Part shown: piece by piece, positions 8,772 to 18,381 of the stretch
Position numbering within the stretch: the first letter of the stretch is position 1
How the letters are laid out: every line of letters begins with the position of its first letter
Virus record (IMG/VR): IMGVR_UViG_3300032334_002567
Coordinates: 186,001 to 250,000 of that record
Length of the DNA: 64,000 nucleotides
Strand: one strand, 5' to 3'
Notes under the pieces: generated by a model
The model's input: the letters and a program-made list of their open reading frames with translations, nothing else
The model's database searches: none
What the model was told of the DNA's origin: nothing
Program-made: the position numbers and the translations under genes

Positions 8772-10031
8772 ATGGCTAAAAAATCTTTTTGCTGTGATTT
8801 TTGCGGTAAGTCGAGTCGTTTGGTGGGTACGCTTATTGAATCCCCTACTTTTGAAAAAGAAGTGAACGGCAGATCAAAGGGCAGCAATTTTTATATTTGT
8901 TCGAATTGCGTAGAGCTTGCCCATCTAATGTCTAAGAAATCTGTTAAGTCTGAAGAGGGTGAAGCTGCACCTAAGATGGACATTCCCGATCCACAAAAAA
9001 TTGTCGAATACATGAACCAGTATATCGTTGGGCAAGATAGAGCAAAAAAGACTTTGGCTGTTGCTGTGTGCAATCACTACAAACGTTTATTTGCACAAAA
9101 TGTTGGTGATAAAGAATTAGACGAAACTACCATTGAAAAGTCTAATGTGCTTTTGGTTGGTCCTACTGGTTCTGGCAAGACACTTTTTGCTAGGACTTTG
9201 GCTAAGTATTTAAACGTTCCGTTTGCTATCGGTGATGCTACAACGCTCACAGAGGCGGGTTATGTTGGTGAAGACGTTGAGAACTTAGTTTTGAAGTTAC
9301 TTCATAGTGCCGATTTTGACGTAGAAGCAGCACAACGTGGAATTATTTATCTAGACGAGATTGATAAGATTGGAAGAACTAACCACAATGTCTCTATCAC
9401 CAGAGACGTTTCTGGTGAAGGTGTTCAACAATCTTTGTTAAAGATGATTGAAGGAACAGTTTGCAATGTTCCTCCTGCTGGCGGTCGCAAGCACCCAGAG
9501 CAGCAATTTATTCAAGTTGACACCACCAATATTCTGTTTATTTGTGGTGGAACCTTTGTAGGCTTGGATGACATTATTAAGAAAAGGCTTTGCAAAAAGT
9601 CTATCGGCTTTAATAAGGCCGAAGAAAAAGAATTCAACTTTGAAAACGTAATTGAAAGTGATCTTGTAGAGTACGGTTTAATTCCTGAGCTTATTGGTCG
9701 TCTTCCTTGCATCACGCCTTTGAAGGGTTTGGACGTTGAATCTATGGTTCGGGTTCTTTCCGAGCCAAAGAATTCACTGGTAAGGCAATATAAGAAAATC
9801 TTTAAGTGTGACAACGTAAATCTTGAGTTTACGAAAGATGCTTTGGAGGCAATTGCAAAAAGTACGATTGAAAAAGGCACTGGTGCCCGTGGACTCAGAA
9901 GCATGATGGAAAATCTTCTTATGGACTTAATGTTTGAAATTTCAAGTCATGCTGGGGAAACCGTAGTAATCACCGATAGGGTTGTAATTGGTAAGGAACA
10001 GCCTACCTTTGCAAAAAATAAGGCAGCATAA
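8772..10031 (+). CDS. clpX: ATP-dependent Clp protease ATP-binding subunit ClpX
   Basis: C4 zinc domain, [31 protein letters not shown] loop, GARGLR; AAGGAG RBS before ATG 8772. Confidence 0.97.
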   Translation: MAKKSFCCDFCGKSSRLVGTLIESPTFEKEVNGRSKGSNFYICSNCVELAHLMSKKSVKSEEGEAAPKMDIPDPQKIVEYMNQYIVGQDRAKKTLAVAVCNHYKRLFAQNVGDKELDETTIEKSNVLLVGPTGSGKTLFARTLAKYLNVPFAIGDATTLTEAGYVGEDVENLVLKLLHSADFDVEAAQRGIIYLDEIDKIGRTNHNVSITRDVSGEGVQQSLLKMIEGTVCNVPPAGGRKHPEQQFIQVDTTNILFICGGTFVGLDDIIKKRLCKKSIGFNKAEEKEFNFENVIESDLVEYGLIPELIGRLPCITPLKGLDVESMVRVLSEPKNSLVRQYKKIFKCDNVNLEFTKDALEAIAKSTIEKGTGARGLRSMMENLLMDLMFEISSHAGETVVITDRVVIGKEQPTFAKNKAA

Positions 10032-10044
10032 CTACTTTAAAGTT

Positions 10045-10653
10045 ATGTACCAAGTATGCACTTATTTTGACGATTCAACGTGGCTAGAGTTTGGCTCAAA
10101 TTGGCTTAATAAAGCTAAAAGAAACCAGTTTGAAGGCATTGTTCTTGCACATTTTGAAAATGCAAAGAACTTAGAGCGTCTTCAAGACTTTTGCGAGGGT
10201 TCTAGTTTAAGAGTATTGTCTTTGCAAGAAAAAGTAAGCTTTGTTGAAGCCTCTAGATTGGTGTCTGAGAATTTTGATGAAGTTTGTCTTCTAACAAAGC
10301 CCAACATCCTACCAGTCAAAGGTTTGCCTGAGACAAAGGGCGCTATTTGTTCGATTTCTCAAGAAGAAAAATCTTTTTTTGATGTGGTTTCGATAATTAC
10401 CAATATCAAGAATAGGGCCAAAGTTTTTGTGTGTTTAGAGGATTTAAAGTCACGATACGGTAGCATTTTATCTGCTGATTACATATTAGGAACCGCAGAA
10501 TTTTGGAGTGTGTTTTCAGGTCTTCAGAGCTATTTTCTTGAAAAGGGCTTTTTTGAGGATAATTCTGCTGCATCTGCTGGCTGTTCTGATTTATTTTTAA
10601 ATATTTCTTTTTCTCAATTAACTTCTGTTCCGATTGAAGTCATCAAGGATTAA
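10045..10653 (+). CDS. Hypothetical protein
   Basis: ORF between clpX and the GGCT gene. Confidence 0.6.
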   Translation: MYQVCTYFDDSTWLEFGSNWLNKAKRNQFEGIVLAHFENAKNLERLQDFCEGSSLRVLSLQEKVSFVEASRLVSENFDEVCLLTKPNILPVKGLPETKGAICSISQEEKSFFDVVSIITNIKNRAKVFVCLEDLKSRYGSILSADYILGTAEFWSVFSGLQSYFLEKGFFEDNSAASAGCSDLFLNISFSQLTSVPIEVIKD

Positions 10654-11063
10654 TGAGCAACTTAATTTTCGTATATGGAACCTTGAAAAGCGGTCATGTT
10701 AGAAACAGCTTTTTAAGGGGCCAAAAGTTTATAGGTGTCGCCTACACAGAGCCTAATTATAAGATTTATAGGCATGGTAGCTATCCTGCTTTGGTTGAAG
10801 ACCCCAATGGATCAGAAATATATGGGGAATTATACGAAGTAGATGATAATTGCTTAATTGAATTAGATAAAATAGAAGGTGTGGATGTTGGTTTATTTAC
10901 AAAAAAAACAATTAAATTGAATGGATATCATCTTTTTTCTTTGCCAGTTGAAAAAAATGTCAATCAAATGCTTTTTTCTAAATCAGCATTGTGTTACTTC
11001 TTCCTAAATAGAGATAGACTTGTTGGCTGCAAGGATTGTGGTCAAAACTGGACAATAAATTAG
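10653..11063 (+). CDS. Gamma-glutamylcyclotransferase (AIG2-like)
   Basis: IFVYGTLKSG, YPAL, GELYEV, LDKIEG. Confidence 0.9.
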   Translation: MSNLIFVYGTLKSGHVRNSFLRGQKFIGVAYTEPNYKIYRHGSYPALVEDPNGSEIYGELYEVDDNCLIELDKIEGVDVGLFTKKTIKLNGYHLFSLPVEKNVNQMLFSKSALCYFFLNRDRLVGCKDCGQNWTIN

Positions 11064-11076
11064 AGGTGCTCTATTA

Positions 11077-11445
11077 ATGGAAATATTTTTTAGTTTTGTA
11101 ATTCTTTCTATTCTTTTATTCATTTTATTTGTAACTATTCTTAAGTTTAAAAATAAACTTTCAGAGTTGGAGCATAAAGTTGAGTTAACGATGAAGGAAA
11201 CTTTAGAACTGGCAACAGCAGACCAACTCCTTAAAGAAATTCGTAAAAGAAAAGGAACTCCGTTTGTAATGTTGACGCCGATTAAAGAAAAAGATTACAA
11301 CGGATTAACAATAGAATCACATAGTGTCAACTCTGCTTCTTGTTTGGCAATACTGCATTTAGCTCGTTCTATCACGATGCAGGCTTTTAAAAAAAGAGGG
11401 GAAGATGTTCCCAATTTGCCATCTGTAGATGATTATTTTGATTAA
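11077..11445 (+). CDS. Membrane-anchored hypothetical protein
   Basis: N-terminal hydrophobic helix; GAGGTG RBS. Confidence 0.65.
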   Translation: MEIFFSFVILSILLFILFVTILKFKNKLSELEHKVELTMKETLELATADQLLKEIRKRKGTPFVMLTPIKEKDYNGLTIESHSVNSASCLAILHLARSITMQAFKKRGEDVPNLPSVDDYFD

Positions 11446-11510
11446 AGTTTAATTTAGTATTTACTGACTGTTTTATTTAATATAAACTTCTTTTAACCGG
11501 AGAGAAGTTT

Positions 11511-12389
11511 ATGACTGATAGAATTCTAAACGCATCTAATTATCTTTCTAGGGTTTTTGAGCACCCAGATTTTCAAAATCCTAAAAAATCAATTGAGATA
11601 ACTAAAGACATAGATTTTGAATTGCGACCAAATTCTATGCTTTGCTATGATTCTCCCCTTTTATCTTTTGAGCAAGAGCAACATCTTTTTAGAAAGATGA
11701 ATTATTTTAAATATAAAGCAAAGACCTTGCTAAAAAACAATCAAAAGGTTTCAACTAGAAGATTGATTAAAATAGAAGATTTGATTGCTAGGAGTAAGAA
11801 GGTTAGAAACCAAATAGCAGAATCTAATTTTCGTTTAGCAACTCAACTGCTGAGATGTGACATTTCTTTTTATCAGCAGAATAGCTTGGTTGATTCTTTG
11901 TTGTCAGATGCTTATTTTGATGTTTTAAAGGCAGTAGATTACTTTAATTGGACTTTGGGTAATAAATTCAGCACTTATGCAACTTGGGTTTTGAAAAAGA
12001 ACTTTTTTCGTGATTCTAAAGACAAAAAGAAACATGCTGACAAAACTATGCGATTAGATGACATAAGCCTTAACATTGAAGAATCTACTGGAAGTCTTAC
12101 AGAAGACGAGCTTCAATACTCAAGTCAAAAAAAGCTGGTGCAGAGTTTGCTTCAGCTATTGGGAAATGGAGACGGATCTACTGATAATCGAAGACAGGTT
12201 TTTGTGCTTGAAAATTACTTTGGATTGAATGGTTATGAAGAGCAAACTTTAGAGAAAATAAGTCTTAAATTAGGAGTTACCAAAGAGAGGGTAAGGCAGC
12301 TTAAGGAAAAAGGGCTAGAATGGATAAGATTTAAAGTAAAACAAATGAAAATAGATCAGGATATTGGATTAGAAAGTTTTCGTTACTAA
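11511..12389 (+). CDS. RNA polymerase sigma-70 family factor
   Basis: PLLSFEQE (1.2), ESNFRL, GNKFSTYATW (2.3-2.4), TLEKISLKLGVTKERVRQL (4.2). Confidence 0.92.
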   Translation: MTDRILNASNYLSRVFEHPDFQNPKKSIEITKDIDFELRPNSMLCYDSPLLSFEQEQHLFRKMNYFKYKAKTLLKNNQKVSTRRLIKIEDLIARSKKVRNQIAESNFRLATQLLRCDISFYQQNSLVDSLLSDAYFDVLKAVDYFNWTLGNKFSTYATWVLKKNFFRDSKDKKKHADKTMRLDDISLNIEESTGSLTEDELQYSSQKKLVQSLLQLLGNGDGSTDNRRQVFVLENYFGLNGYEEQTLEKISLKLGVTKERVRQLKEKGLEWIRFKVKQMKIDQDIGLESFRY

Positions 12390-12429
12390 TTGACCTTGAT
12401 TGAAAATAGATTTCAGGTAAGATTCGCCT

Positions 12430-12699
12430 TTGAACTTTCATCCAATAACGAGGTGGCAATTGGACAAATACGAAATTAGAAGTGGTGAATTCGCTATAAT
12501 AATTCAACAAAAATCTGATGAAGCTGCGGCTTTGGAAGCCATAGCTCTTCATTACGAGAGTATGCACCATACTTCTCTAGGTCAGCTAACGATGGTTAAG
12601 AACAAGACGAAGAACTCAGAGGCACTTTATTTCTCGACGGATTCACTAATTGAGGAACTGTTTTGTCCAGCCAGTAAAAAGGGCGTTGCTAAATTCTAA
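12430..12699 (+). CDS. Hypothetical protein (start uncertain)
   Basis: ORF with GAGGTG RBS near 12450; TTGATT-N16-TAAGAT at 12396-12423. Confidence 0.55.
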   Translation: MNFHPITRWQLDKYEIRSGEFAIIIQQKSDEAAALEAIALHYESMHHTSLGQLTMVKNKTKNSEALYFSTDSLIEELFCPASKKGVAKF

Positions 12700-12750
12700 A
12701 TTAGCCAGTTTCAAGTTTAAAATTAGCCAGTTCTAATTCTAAATTGGCTT
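12691..12750. repeat. Three imperfect direct repeats with 21-22 bp period (core TAAATTAGCCAGTT)
   Basis: AAATTAGCCAGTT twice plus AAATTGGCTT. Confidence 0.75.
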
Positions 12751-12760
12751 TGATAAAAAA

Positions 12761-12827
12761 ATTGTACCCTATAAAAGTGTTGCAGTGAGGCACGACAGAT
12801 TTACAAACGCATTTGTCGTGCTACACT
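12761..12827 (+). promoter_or_regulatory. Complex early promoter: shared 22-bp box, TTTACA-N16-TACACT and overlapping inverted repeat
   Basis: ATTGTACCCTATAAAAGTGTTG at 12761-12782; IR GCACGACAGAT/ATTTGTCGTGC at 12790-12821. Confidence 0.65.
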
Positions 12828-12922
12828 AATACAAGCGAGAGAAAGTTGCCCTCTTGGCCCCACAATGTGTGATCGGCCTCGATTTATAGGGCTTTTTACT
12901 CTCATAGTGGAGATTTTTAACC

Positions 12923-13837
12923 ATGGCCCGTGCTAAGAAGACTACCCCTGTTGCTGCTGTTGTCTCGACTCCTTCTTCCGCTAACGTCTTGAGTTCTTCG
13001 GATGTTCTTAAGAAGCTGGCTAATGTTGGCGTTGCTCCTGCCCCCAAGAGTACCAAGCCCGACCGCTGGGAGCTTCCTCTTGATGATAAGACAACCGTTG
13101 CCGCTACCCAGTGGGTTGCTGCCAAGACGGTTTGCGATGCCGTAGAGGCCCGTGTCGAGAATACCAAGGCACAGATTGTTGACTATGCTGTTGGCAAGTT
13201 GGCCGAGAAGTTTTTTGACAACAAGAATCGTCCGTCGAACCCTCAAATTGTTTTGAAGAAGGATGATGGTACTCCTGACCATCAGTTCATCTTCATGCTT
13301 ACCGATAGGTTTAAGGTTGAGTTTAAGGACATTCCTGAGGGTGTTCTTCCTGTTGACTTCTTTACTTCACTTTTTGAACAGGTTGGCCTGTCTCCTGAGA
13401 ACGCCAAGAAGATTACTGAGAACGAACTTGACTTCACCCCTGTGACTGGTGTGCGTTCGTTCACAGAGCTTCTGGATGGCCGATTTGGGGCTAACCGAGA
13501 ATGGATTGATTCTACGTCCGAAGAGAAGGCTGCTGGCAGCAAGATGGCCGCTCTTCTCCTTTGGGATGGCACCGGGGCTGCTCCCCAACCGCTTACTCCT
13601 GCTGAACAGGGTATTGTGGTTCGTCGTGACCCCGGTGTTGTTGTAAAGGCTGGCTTCTATGATCGTGTCGCACTTTACTGCACCACGGTTGATCAGATTA
13701 AGGGTGTGTTTTCTATCATTCGGCCTGTGTCTTATCCTTCCTATTGCAAGTTTGCAATGAATGATACTGATACGAGCAAGCTGAACCGCAAGATTGCCGC
13801 AGTCTCCGATATCCTTGGTGTTGGCGGCAAGGAGTGA
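12923..13837 (+). CDS. Hypothetical protein, probably highly expressed early gene
   Basis: GGAG RBS; strong codon bias (AAG, GCT, GGT/GGC; no ATA seen). Confidence 0.8.
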   Translation: MARAKKTTPVAAVVSTPSSANVLSSSDVLKKLANVGVAPAPKSTKPDRWELPLDDKTTVAATQWVAAKTVCDAVEARVENTKAQIVDYAVGKLAEKFFDNKNRPSNPQIVLKKDDGTPDHQFIFMLTDRFKVEFKDIPEGVLPVDFFTSLFEQVGLSPENAKKITENELDFTPVTGVRSFTELLDGRFGANREWIDSTSEEKAAGSKMAALLLWDGTGAAPQPLTPAEQGIVVRRDPGVVVKAGFYDRVALYCTTVDQIKGVFSIIRPVSYPSYCKFAMNDTDTSKLNRKIAAVSDILGVGGKE

Positions 13838-13850
13838 TTTAGCTAGGTTT

Positions 13851-13899
13851 GCAGTTGGGTGCATGGTTTTCCCCTCCTTTTTTCCATGCACCCAACTGC
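13851..13899 (+). promoter_or_regulatory. Perfect 16-bp RNA stem with a 17-nt pyrimidine-only loop
   Basis: GCAGTTGGGTGCATGG / CCATGCACCCAACTGC, intergenic. Confidence 0.8.
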
Positions 13900-13925
13900 C
13901 ACCTTTTAACCCGAAAGGATTAACT

Positions 13926-14822
13926 ATGTCTTTTTCATTTAAACCCGGATTTCGTGTCACCAAATCCGTTAGGCAAGAACTTAACAAGAGAAATCAGACG
14001 ATCTTTGAGATGCGTGAGTCTGGTGCTTCTTGGAAGCAAATTTCTGCCAAGATAGGCTTGTCAGAACCTAGATGTAAGTTTCTTTGTCGTAAGCACAAAA
14101 GTTGTATTAGAAAACATTCGTCTCCTGCTTCTGTTAAGTCACGGGTGCTGAAGTCATTTTTGAATGATAGTTGGCCCATGATTTTGCTTGCAAGTCATGG
14201 CCCACAGGGCTTCAATTTGAAGATTAACTACCCTGTATTATTTTTGATGCTCGAAAGGATGGACCCATACTTCCAGCGTTCAAATGGAAGAGCGTATGTT
14301 TCTCTTTTAATGAGCCAGATTAAAGATGATCTTTTGAAGCGTTTTAATGAACACGCTCCGAAAGATAGCTTGGCTGTTGGGTGGTCTAGGGCAAGTGCTT
14401 CGGTCGTGCCACCCCATTTTTGGAACGATGCAGAGGTTGAAAGGCTTCTTTTTAATTGCAGCCTTCTTCGGGTAAAAGATATGTCGAACGATCAAAAGTC
14501 ACAGATTGCGGAATCGCTAGAGGCAATTCCAAAGCTATCTTTTGAAAAAAGAACAACTTTGTTGCGTGAAGATAAAGATGTTTTTAAGACAAGGCTTTTT
14601 GATCTTAAAAGTATGATTGAAATTGCTAAAGAAGATGAGTCTCTGCGGCGTGAGGACTACTTGATGCTTTTGGAAGAAGCTTTGGCTTGTATAGATTCCG
14701 TTTTAGACAAGCCAACTTCGGTTCCTGTGGCTGTTGTGGCTCCAACTGTAGAGAATGTAAAGAAAGCGATTTCTGTTTCGAAAAAAGTGCAGAAAGATTT
14801 TTGGCCTGAACCAACTTTTTAA
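13926..14822 (+). CDS. Protein with N-terminal helix-turn-helix
   Basis: RNQTIFEMRESGASWKQISAKIGLS; AAAGGA RBS before ATG 13926. Confidence 0.65.
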   Translation: MSFSFKPGFRVTKSVRQELNKRNQTIFEMRESGASWKQISAKIGLSEPRCKFLCRKHKSCIRKHSSPASVKSRVLKSFLNDSWPMILLASHGPQGFNLKINYPVLFLMLERMDPYFQRSNGRAYVSLLMSQIKDDLLKRFNEHAPKDSLAVGWSRASASVVPPHFWNDAEVERLLFNCSLLRVKDMSNDQKSQIAESLEAIPKLSFEKRTTLLREDKDVFKTRLFDLKSMIEIAKEDESLRREDYLMLLEEALACIDSVLDKPTSVPVAVVAPTVENVKKAISVSKKVQKDFWPEPTF

Positions 14823-14835
14823 ATAGGAGATTATA

Positions 14836-15312
14836 ATGAGAACTATTGCTATTTTTGTTCTGTTTTTTGCTGCTTCGATGGTTAGTGCCGCAGGCGTCGA
14901 TCCTGCTGTTCAAAATGGTGTAACTGAAGCTATGCAGCGTAACTTTTCCGCTTGCAACGAAGAGGATATTAGGGCAACTATGGACTCTTGTTCCATGGAA
15001 ATGCCCGACAGGGATCGTTTTGAGCGTGAAACTAAGGATGTTTTTCAAGAAAAGGACATCTATTATTCGCTTGTCGAATGTGAGGTTCTTGAAGTAAAGC
15101 CTCCTTATGCTTTGGCTCGTATCGTACAAGATACTCATGTTGAGAATAGAGATTCAGGAACGAAGCAGCAATCTGCTTTTCGTAATAATTCTGCCTTGCT
15201 TCCTGATGAAAGAGTTGAGTATCTTAATACCTTCAAGTTTGAAAATGGTGTCTGGAAGCTACTTGTAATTGTTAGTGAGATGAGGCCTGTAAAGGCACAA
15301 CCGGCAAATTAA
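14836..15312 (+). CDS. Secreted NTF2/SnoaL-like protein
   Basis: Signal peptide ending VSA-A; FKFENGVWKL terminal strand. Confidence 0.6.
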   Translation: MRTIAIFVLFFAASMVSAAGVDPAVQNGVTEAMQRNFSACNEEDIRATMDSCSMEMPDRDRFERETKDVFQEKDIYYSLVECEVLEVKPPYALARIVQDTHVENRDSGTKQQSAFRNNSALLPDERVEYLNTFKFENGVWKLLVIVSEMRPVKAQPAN

Positions 15313-15322
15313 AGGTGGAAAT

Positions 15323-15844
15323 TTGTTGCACGAAAAGCTTGCTAATTTAGATTTTAGGGAAAAATGTTCGTTGGTCTGGCAGCATTATGTCTCTAGAAAA
15401 TTAGATAATGAATTTGAACCTGTTTGGACTCATTGTTCGTATGAATTAGTTAAGAATTATATTGACTCAAATGATCTCTCTCAGGAACAACTTTTTTTGT
15501 TAGGGGAGGTCATCAAAAGTCATACTCAAAAAGACGGTGCTGAAGTTCCTTTGAAAAGAGGTTTTCCAAATGAAAACTTAAGGATAATGCATGATTACTG
15601 GAAGGCCGGTAGTTTTACATGGGTTTTTATGGGTAGGTCTTTCTGTGAAAGTATAGAAAAACAAGGTGATTGGGTTGTTTTGAGTCGAACGTTGCCGAAT
15701 GAGCTTTACAAGCTGTTGGATTCAAATCTTGCCCCACCTACTTTGTTTTCCGCATATAGGCTAGACAGGCAAGACACAATAGGCCCAGCAATTTATAGAG
15801 AAAACGTGTTAAAAGAAATTAAAGAAAGAGAGAATGTAGTATGA
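15323..15844 (+). CDS. Hypothetical protein
   Basis: AAGGTGG RBS, in operon. Confidence 0.65.
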   Translation: MLHEKLANLDFREKCSLVWQHYVSRKLDNEFEPVWTHCSYELVKNYIDSNDLSQEQLFLLGEVIKSHTQKDGAEVPLKRGFPNENLRIMHDYWKAGSFTWVFMGRSFCESIEKQGDWVVLSRTLPNELYKLLDSNLAPPTLFSAYRLDRQDTIGPAIYRENVLKEIKERENVV

Positions 15845-16479
15845 ATAAGATTTGCTTTTTTGTTTTCGCTGTTTGTTTTTCGGTCGCTGCAATCGGTGCC
15901 GAAAGACCAGTTATGGTTAGTGGCGACAACGCAGGCCAACTGTCTGATAGCGATGTTGGTAATTTCCTTGAAAGTATTGTGGAAGCGTTTAATAAGCAAG
16001 ACTGTGTGCTTTATTCATCGTATTTCACAAAAGAAAATAGAGACTCAGCCAGAAGAAAGGCTGGAATGTCTTTTGCCAAGGATGACATTAATATTTCTCT
16101 TGTCGAGCATCACATTCTAGATCAAGTAGACGAATCTGCGGAAGTTGCTCTTGCATATAAAGTTTCAAGTGAAAACTGGTCTGGTAAGGTTGTATCAAAA
16201 GTTTATCTTGAAAAAGAAAATGGTGCATGGAAGTTGACCAAGGAGGTTACTGTCCAAAGGCGGATTGAGCAGACTGGTTACTTCGGTCAACCCGTCAGTA
16301 ATGTTCCGCCCAGAGTCGCCAACAACAATAACAATACTCCCAATTGCCAGAACGGTCGTTGTGGCGTACAGGTTCAAGTTCAATCATCTGGTGGTTGTGC
16401 AAACGGTCAGTGTGGAACAAGACTTCCTTTCAATACCAATGACTTCTGTAGAGATCTTGGCTTCAAACCAGTGAGATAA
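15841..16479 (+). CDS. Secreted NTF2-like protein with Cys-rich CxNGxC tail
   Basis: Signal peptide; LEKENGAWKL; CQNGRC and CANGQC. Confidence 0.6.
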   Translation: MNKICFFVFAVCFSVAAIGAERPVMVSGDNAGQLSDSDVGNFLESIVEAFNKQDCVLYSSYFTKENRDSARRKAGMSFAKDDINISLVEHHILDQVDESAEVALAYKVSSENWSGKVVSKVYLEKENGAWKLTKEVTVQRRIEQTGYFGQPVSNVPPRVANNNNNTPNCQNGRCGVQVQVQSSGGCANGQCGTRLPFNTNDFCRDLGFKPVR

Positions 16480-16481
16480 AA

Positions 16482-16757
16482 ATGGATTTGGACTCTTGGA
16501 AATTTACTCCGACCATTAAAAAAGGAGTTGCAGGGAAAATAAATGGTTCTGATGCACATTATGGGTGGTATGACAGGAAAATAAATGAAGTTCGTTGTGT
16601 CATATGCTTTCAAGATTTTTGGTCATATGTTACAATAGACGGTAACATGGAATTGCACAGCAAAGAGCTTACTATAGATTCTAATAACAGATGTTTGAAT
16701 AAACCTTTGAACGAAGAAGAAGTTAAAGCACTTATTTACCAAGGAACAAAGAAATGA
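16482..16757 (+). CDS. Hypothetical protein
   Basis: Operon-coupled ORF. Confidence 0.6.
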   Translation: MDLDSWKFTPTIKKGVAGKINGSDAHYGWYDRKINEVRCVICFQDFWSYVTIDGNMELHSKELTIDSNNRCLNKPLNEEEVKALIYQGTKK

Positions 16758-17098
16758 AGCTAAAAGATTTTTTAAAATCGACCGGTTATCGCATTAGTTC
16801 AGGCGATGAATTTCTTTGGAGTTGTTATGGAGAAAATGCACTTCTTATTGAATCTTGCCGGGGTAATTTTGTTGCTACTGTGGTGTTTGATACTAAAACC
16901 CAAAATGTTTATGAAATGACTTTTGCCGATGAAAAAAAGTCAGAGCCGTATCGTTATTCTAATCCTAGATTTGTTAGCAAACACAAAAAAGAGTCTAAGA
17001 ACAAAGGATTCAGGTTTGAACAGGCTTGGGATGATGTCGATTATATCGAAGTAAGTAGTAAGGAAATTTTGAAAAAGGCAAGAAAGGCTTTTAGCTGA
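16754..17098 (+). CDS. Conserved phage hypothetical protein
   Basis: WSCYGENA, VFDTKTQ.VYE, AWDDVDY pattern recalled from T4-like/large phages. Confidence 0.6.
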   Translation: MKLKDFLKSTGYRISSGDEFLWSCYGENALLIESCRGNFVATVVFDTKTQNVYEMTFADEKKSEPYRYSNPRFVSKHKKESKNKGFRFEQAWDDVDYIEVSSKEILKKARKAFS

Positions 17099-17108
17099 AA
17101 GGAATCAA

Positions 17109-17321
17109 GTGGCAACTATTGATGTAAACAAGGGAACGATGAAGAAGATCATTGAGCTTTACAATAGTGGTTTATCTATTGATAAAGTTGCAATCCAAGT
17201 TGACTTGAAAAGAAGCCATGTAAATACTTTGCTTAAAAACAGTGGAATTCCATTGAGAAGCAAGGGTGCTCGAAAAGGTTACTTTTGGGGCAAACAATTA
17301 AATTCAAAAGAATCTTTATGA
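17109..17321 (+). CDS. Small HTH protein
   Basis: IIELYNSGLSIDKVA...LKNSGIPLR. Confidence 0.65.
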   Translation: MATIDVNKGTMKKIIELYNSGLSIDKVAIQVDLKRSHVNTLLKNSGIPLRSKGARKGYFWGKQLNSKESL

Positions 17322-17719
17322 GCAAGCCTTGGATTCACGCAAAGAATAGTGCAAGGAAATTTGGCGGAAAGCCAGAAGATTATCTTGAAATACACAACTT
17401 GATGGACAGCAGTAAGAGTTGTATTGGTGATAATCGTCATCGTTGTTTGACTCACAACAGTTGGTTCATAGGTGCTGATGGCCCTCTTGAAAAAATATTT
17501 GGACCTGTTATCGTAAACAGTGATAAGAGAGAGGTATCGACCAGAGACATAGGAGAGCAGCACATTCTTGAAGACTTTGGGATGCAATACATCCCAACAG
17601 CACAGGATTTTCTTCAAGAAATGGAAATGAAAGATTGGATGAGCAACGGAAAAGGAAGTCCACCAAGTTTTCAAAAGATTGAAAAGAAAAAGACCAAGAA
17701 GCTTATTGACCTAGATTAA
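17318..17719 (+). CDS. DUF6915-like phage protein
   Basis: PWIHAKNSARKFGG, HR...H, GEQHILED. Confidence 0.7.
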   Translation: MSKPWIHAKNSARKFGGKPEDYLEIHNLMDSSKSCIGDNRHRCLTHNSWFIGADGPLEKIFGPVIVNSDKREVSTRDIGEQHILEDFGMQYIPTAQDFLQEMEMKDWMSNGKGSPPSFQKIEKKKTKKLIDLD

Positions 17720-17730
17720 GGAGAGCAGAA

Positions 17731-18294
17731 ATGCCAACGGTAAAAGAATTAAACGCTAGAATTTCTAGGGCTAAGAAAGACATTGAAAAGCTTAAAATTA
17801 AGCTCGTCAAAGACACGCAGATGCTTTTCAAACAGTCAGTCAAAGATATCTTTAAGAAACATAAAGAGTTAATAAGCTTTTCTTGGACGCAGTTTACTCC
17901 CCATTGGAATGACGGCGACTCATGCCAGTTTTCTGCAAACACAGACTACATTTACCTGAATGGTTCCGAGGAGTCGGAGAGTCTATGGGACAACCAGAAT
18001 CTCTATAATGATCTTCTTGATTATGAGTCTGTACGAAATAAACTAAAGGCTGAAAACGTCAAACTCGCAAAGAAAAAAGATCAAAAGTGGCGAATAGAAT
18101 CAAATGAGAGAAAACTTGAAGAACTTGAAAACGCTGATATTAAACAGGTTAAGTGGAAAACTGAAGTCTTAAAAGACATTAATGGCCTTCTAGACATGGC
18201 TGATACTGATGCTTTGCTGGAAATGTTTAATGATCACGTTAAGGTTACTGTCACAAAAGACGGGATTGAAACGGAAGATTATGAGCATGACTAA
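17731..18294 (+). CDS. Conserved phage hypothetical protein
   Basis: SWTQFTPHWNDGDSC...DYEHD; AAGGAG RBS. Confidence 0.7.
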   Translation: MPTVKELNARISRAKKDIEKLKIKLVKDTQMLFKQSVKDIFKKHKELISFSWTQFTPHWNDGDSCQFSANTDYIYLNGSEESESLWDNQNLYNDLLDYESVRNKLKAENVKLAKKKDQKWRIESNERKLEELENADIKQVKWKTEVLKDINGLLDMADTDALLEMFNDHVKVTVTKDGIETEDYEHD

Positions 18295-18381
18295 TTATCA
18301 TCAACACAACCTATTATAATAGGTATAATTACTTCAACCACAATTAGTGACAGCATTATGAAGCCGATGTAGTTAAAACCG

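Noticed and set aside
12691-12750. CRISPR array
   Set aside because: Only three short degenerate units with no unique spacers and no cas genes
12826-13987. Several long antisense ORFs over 12923-13837 (and over 4324-5174)
   Set aside because: Expected by-product of the biased codon usage of the sense genes; no RBS or motifs
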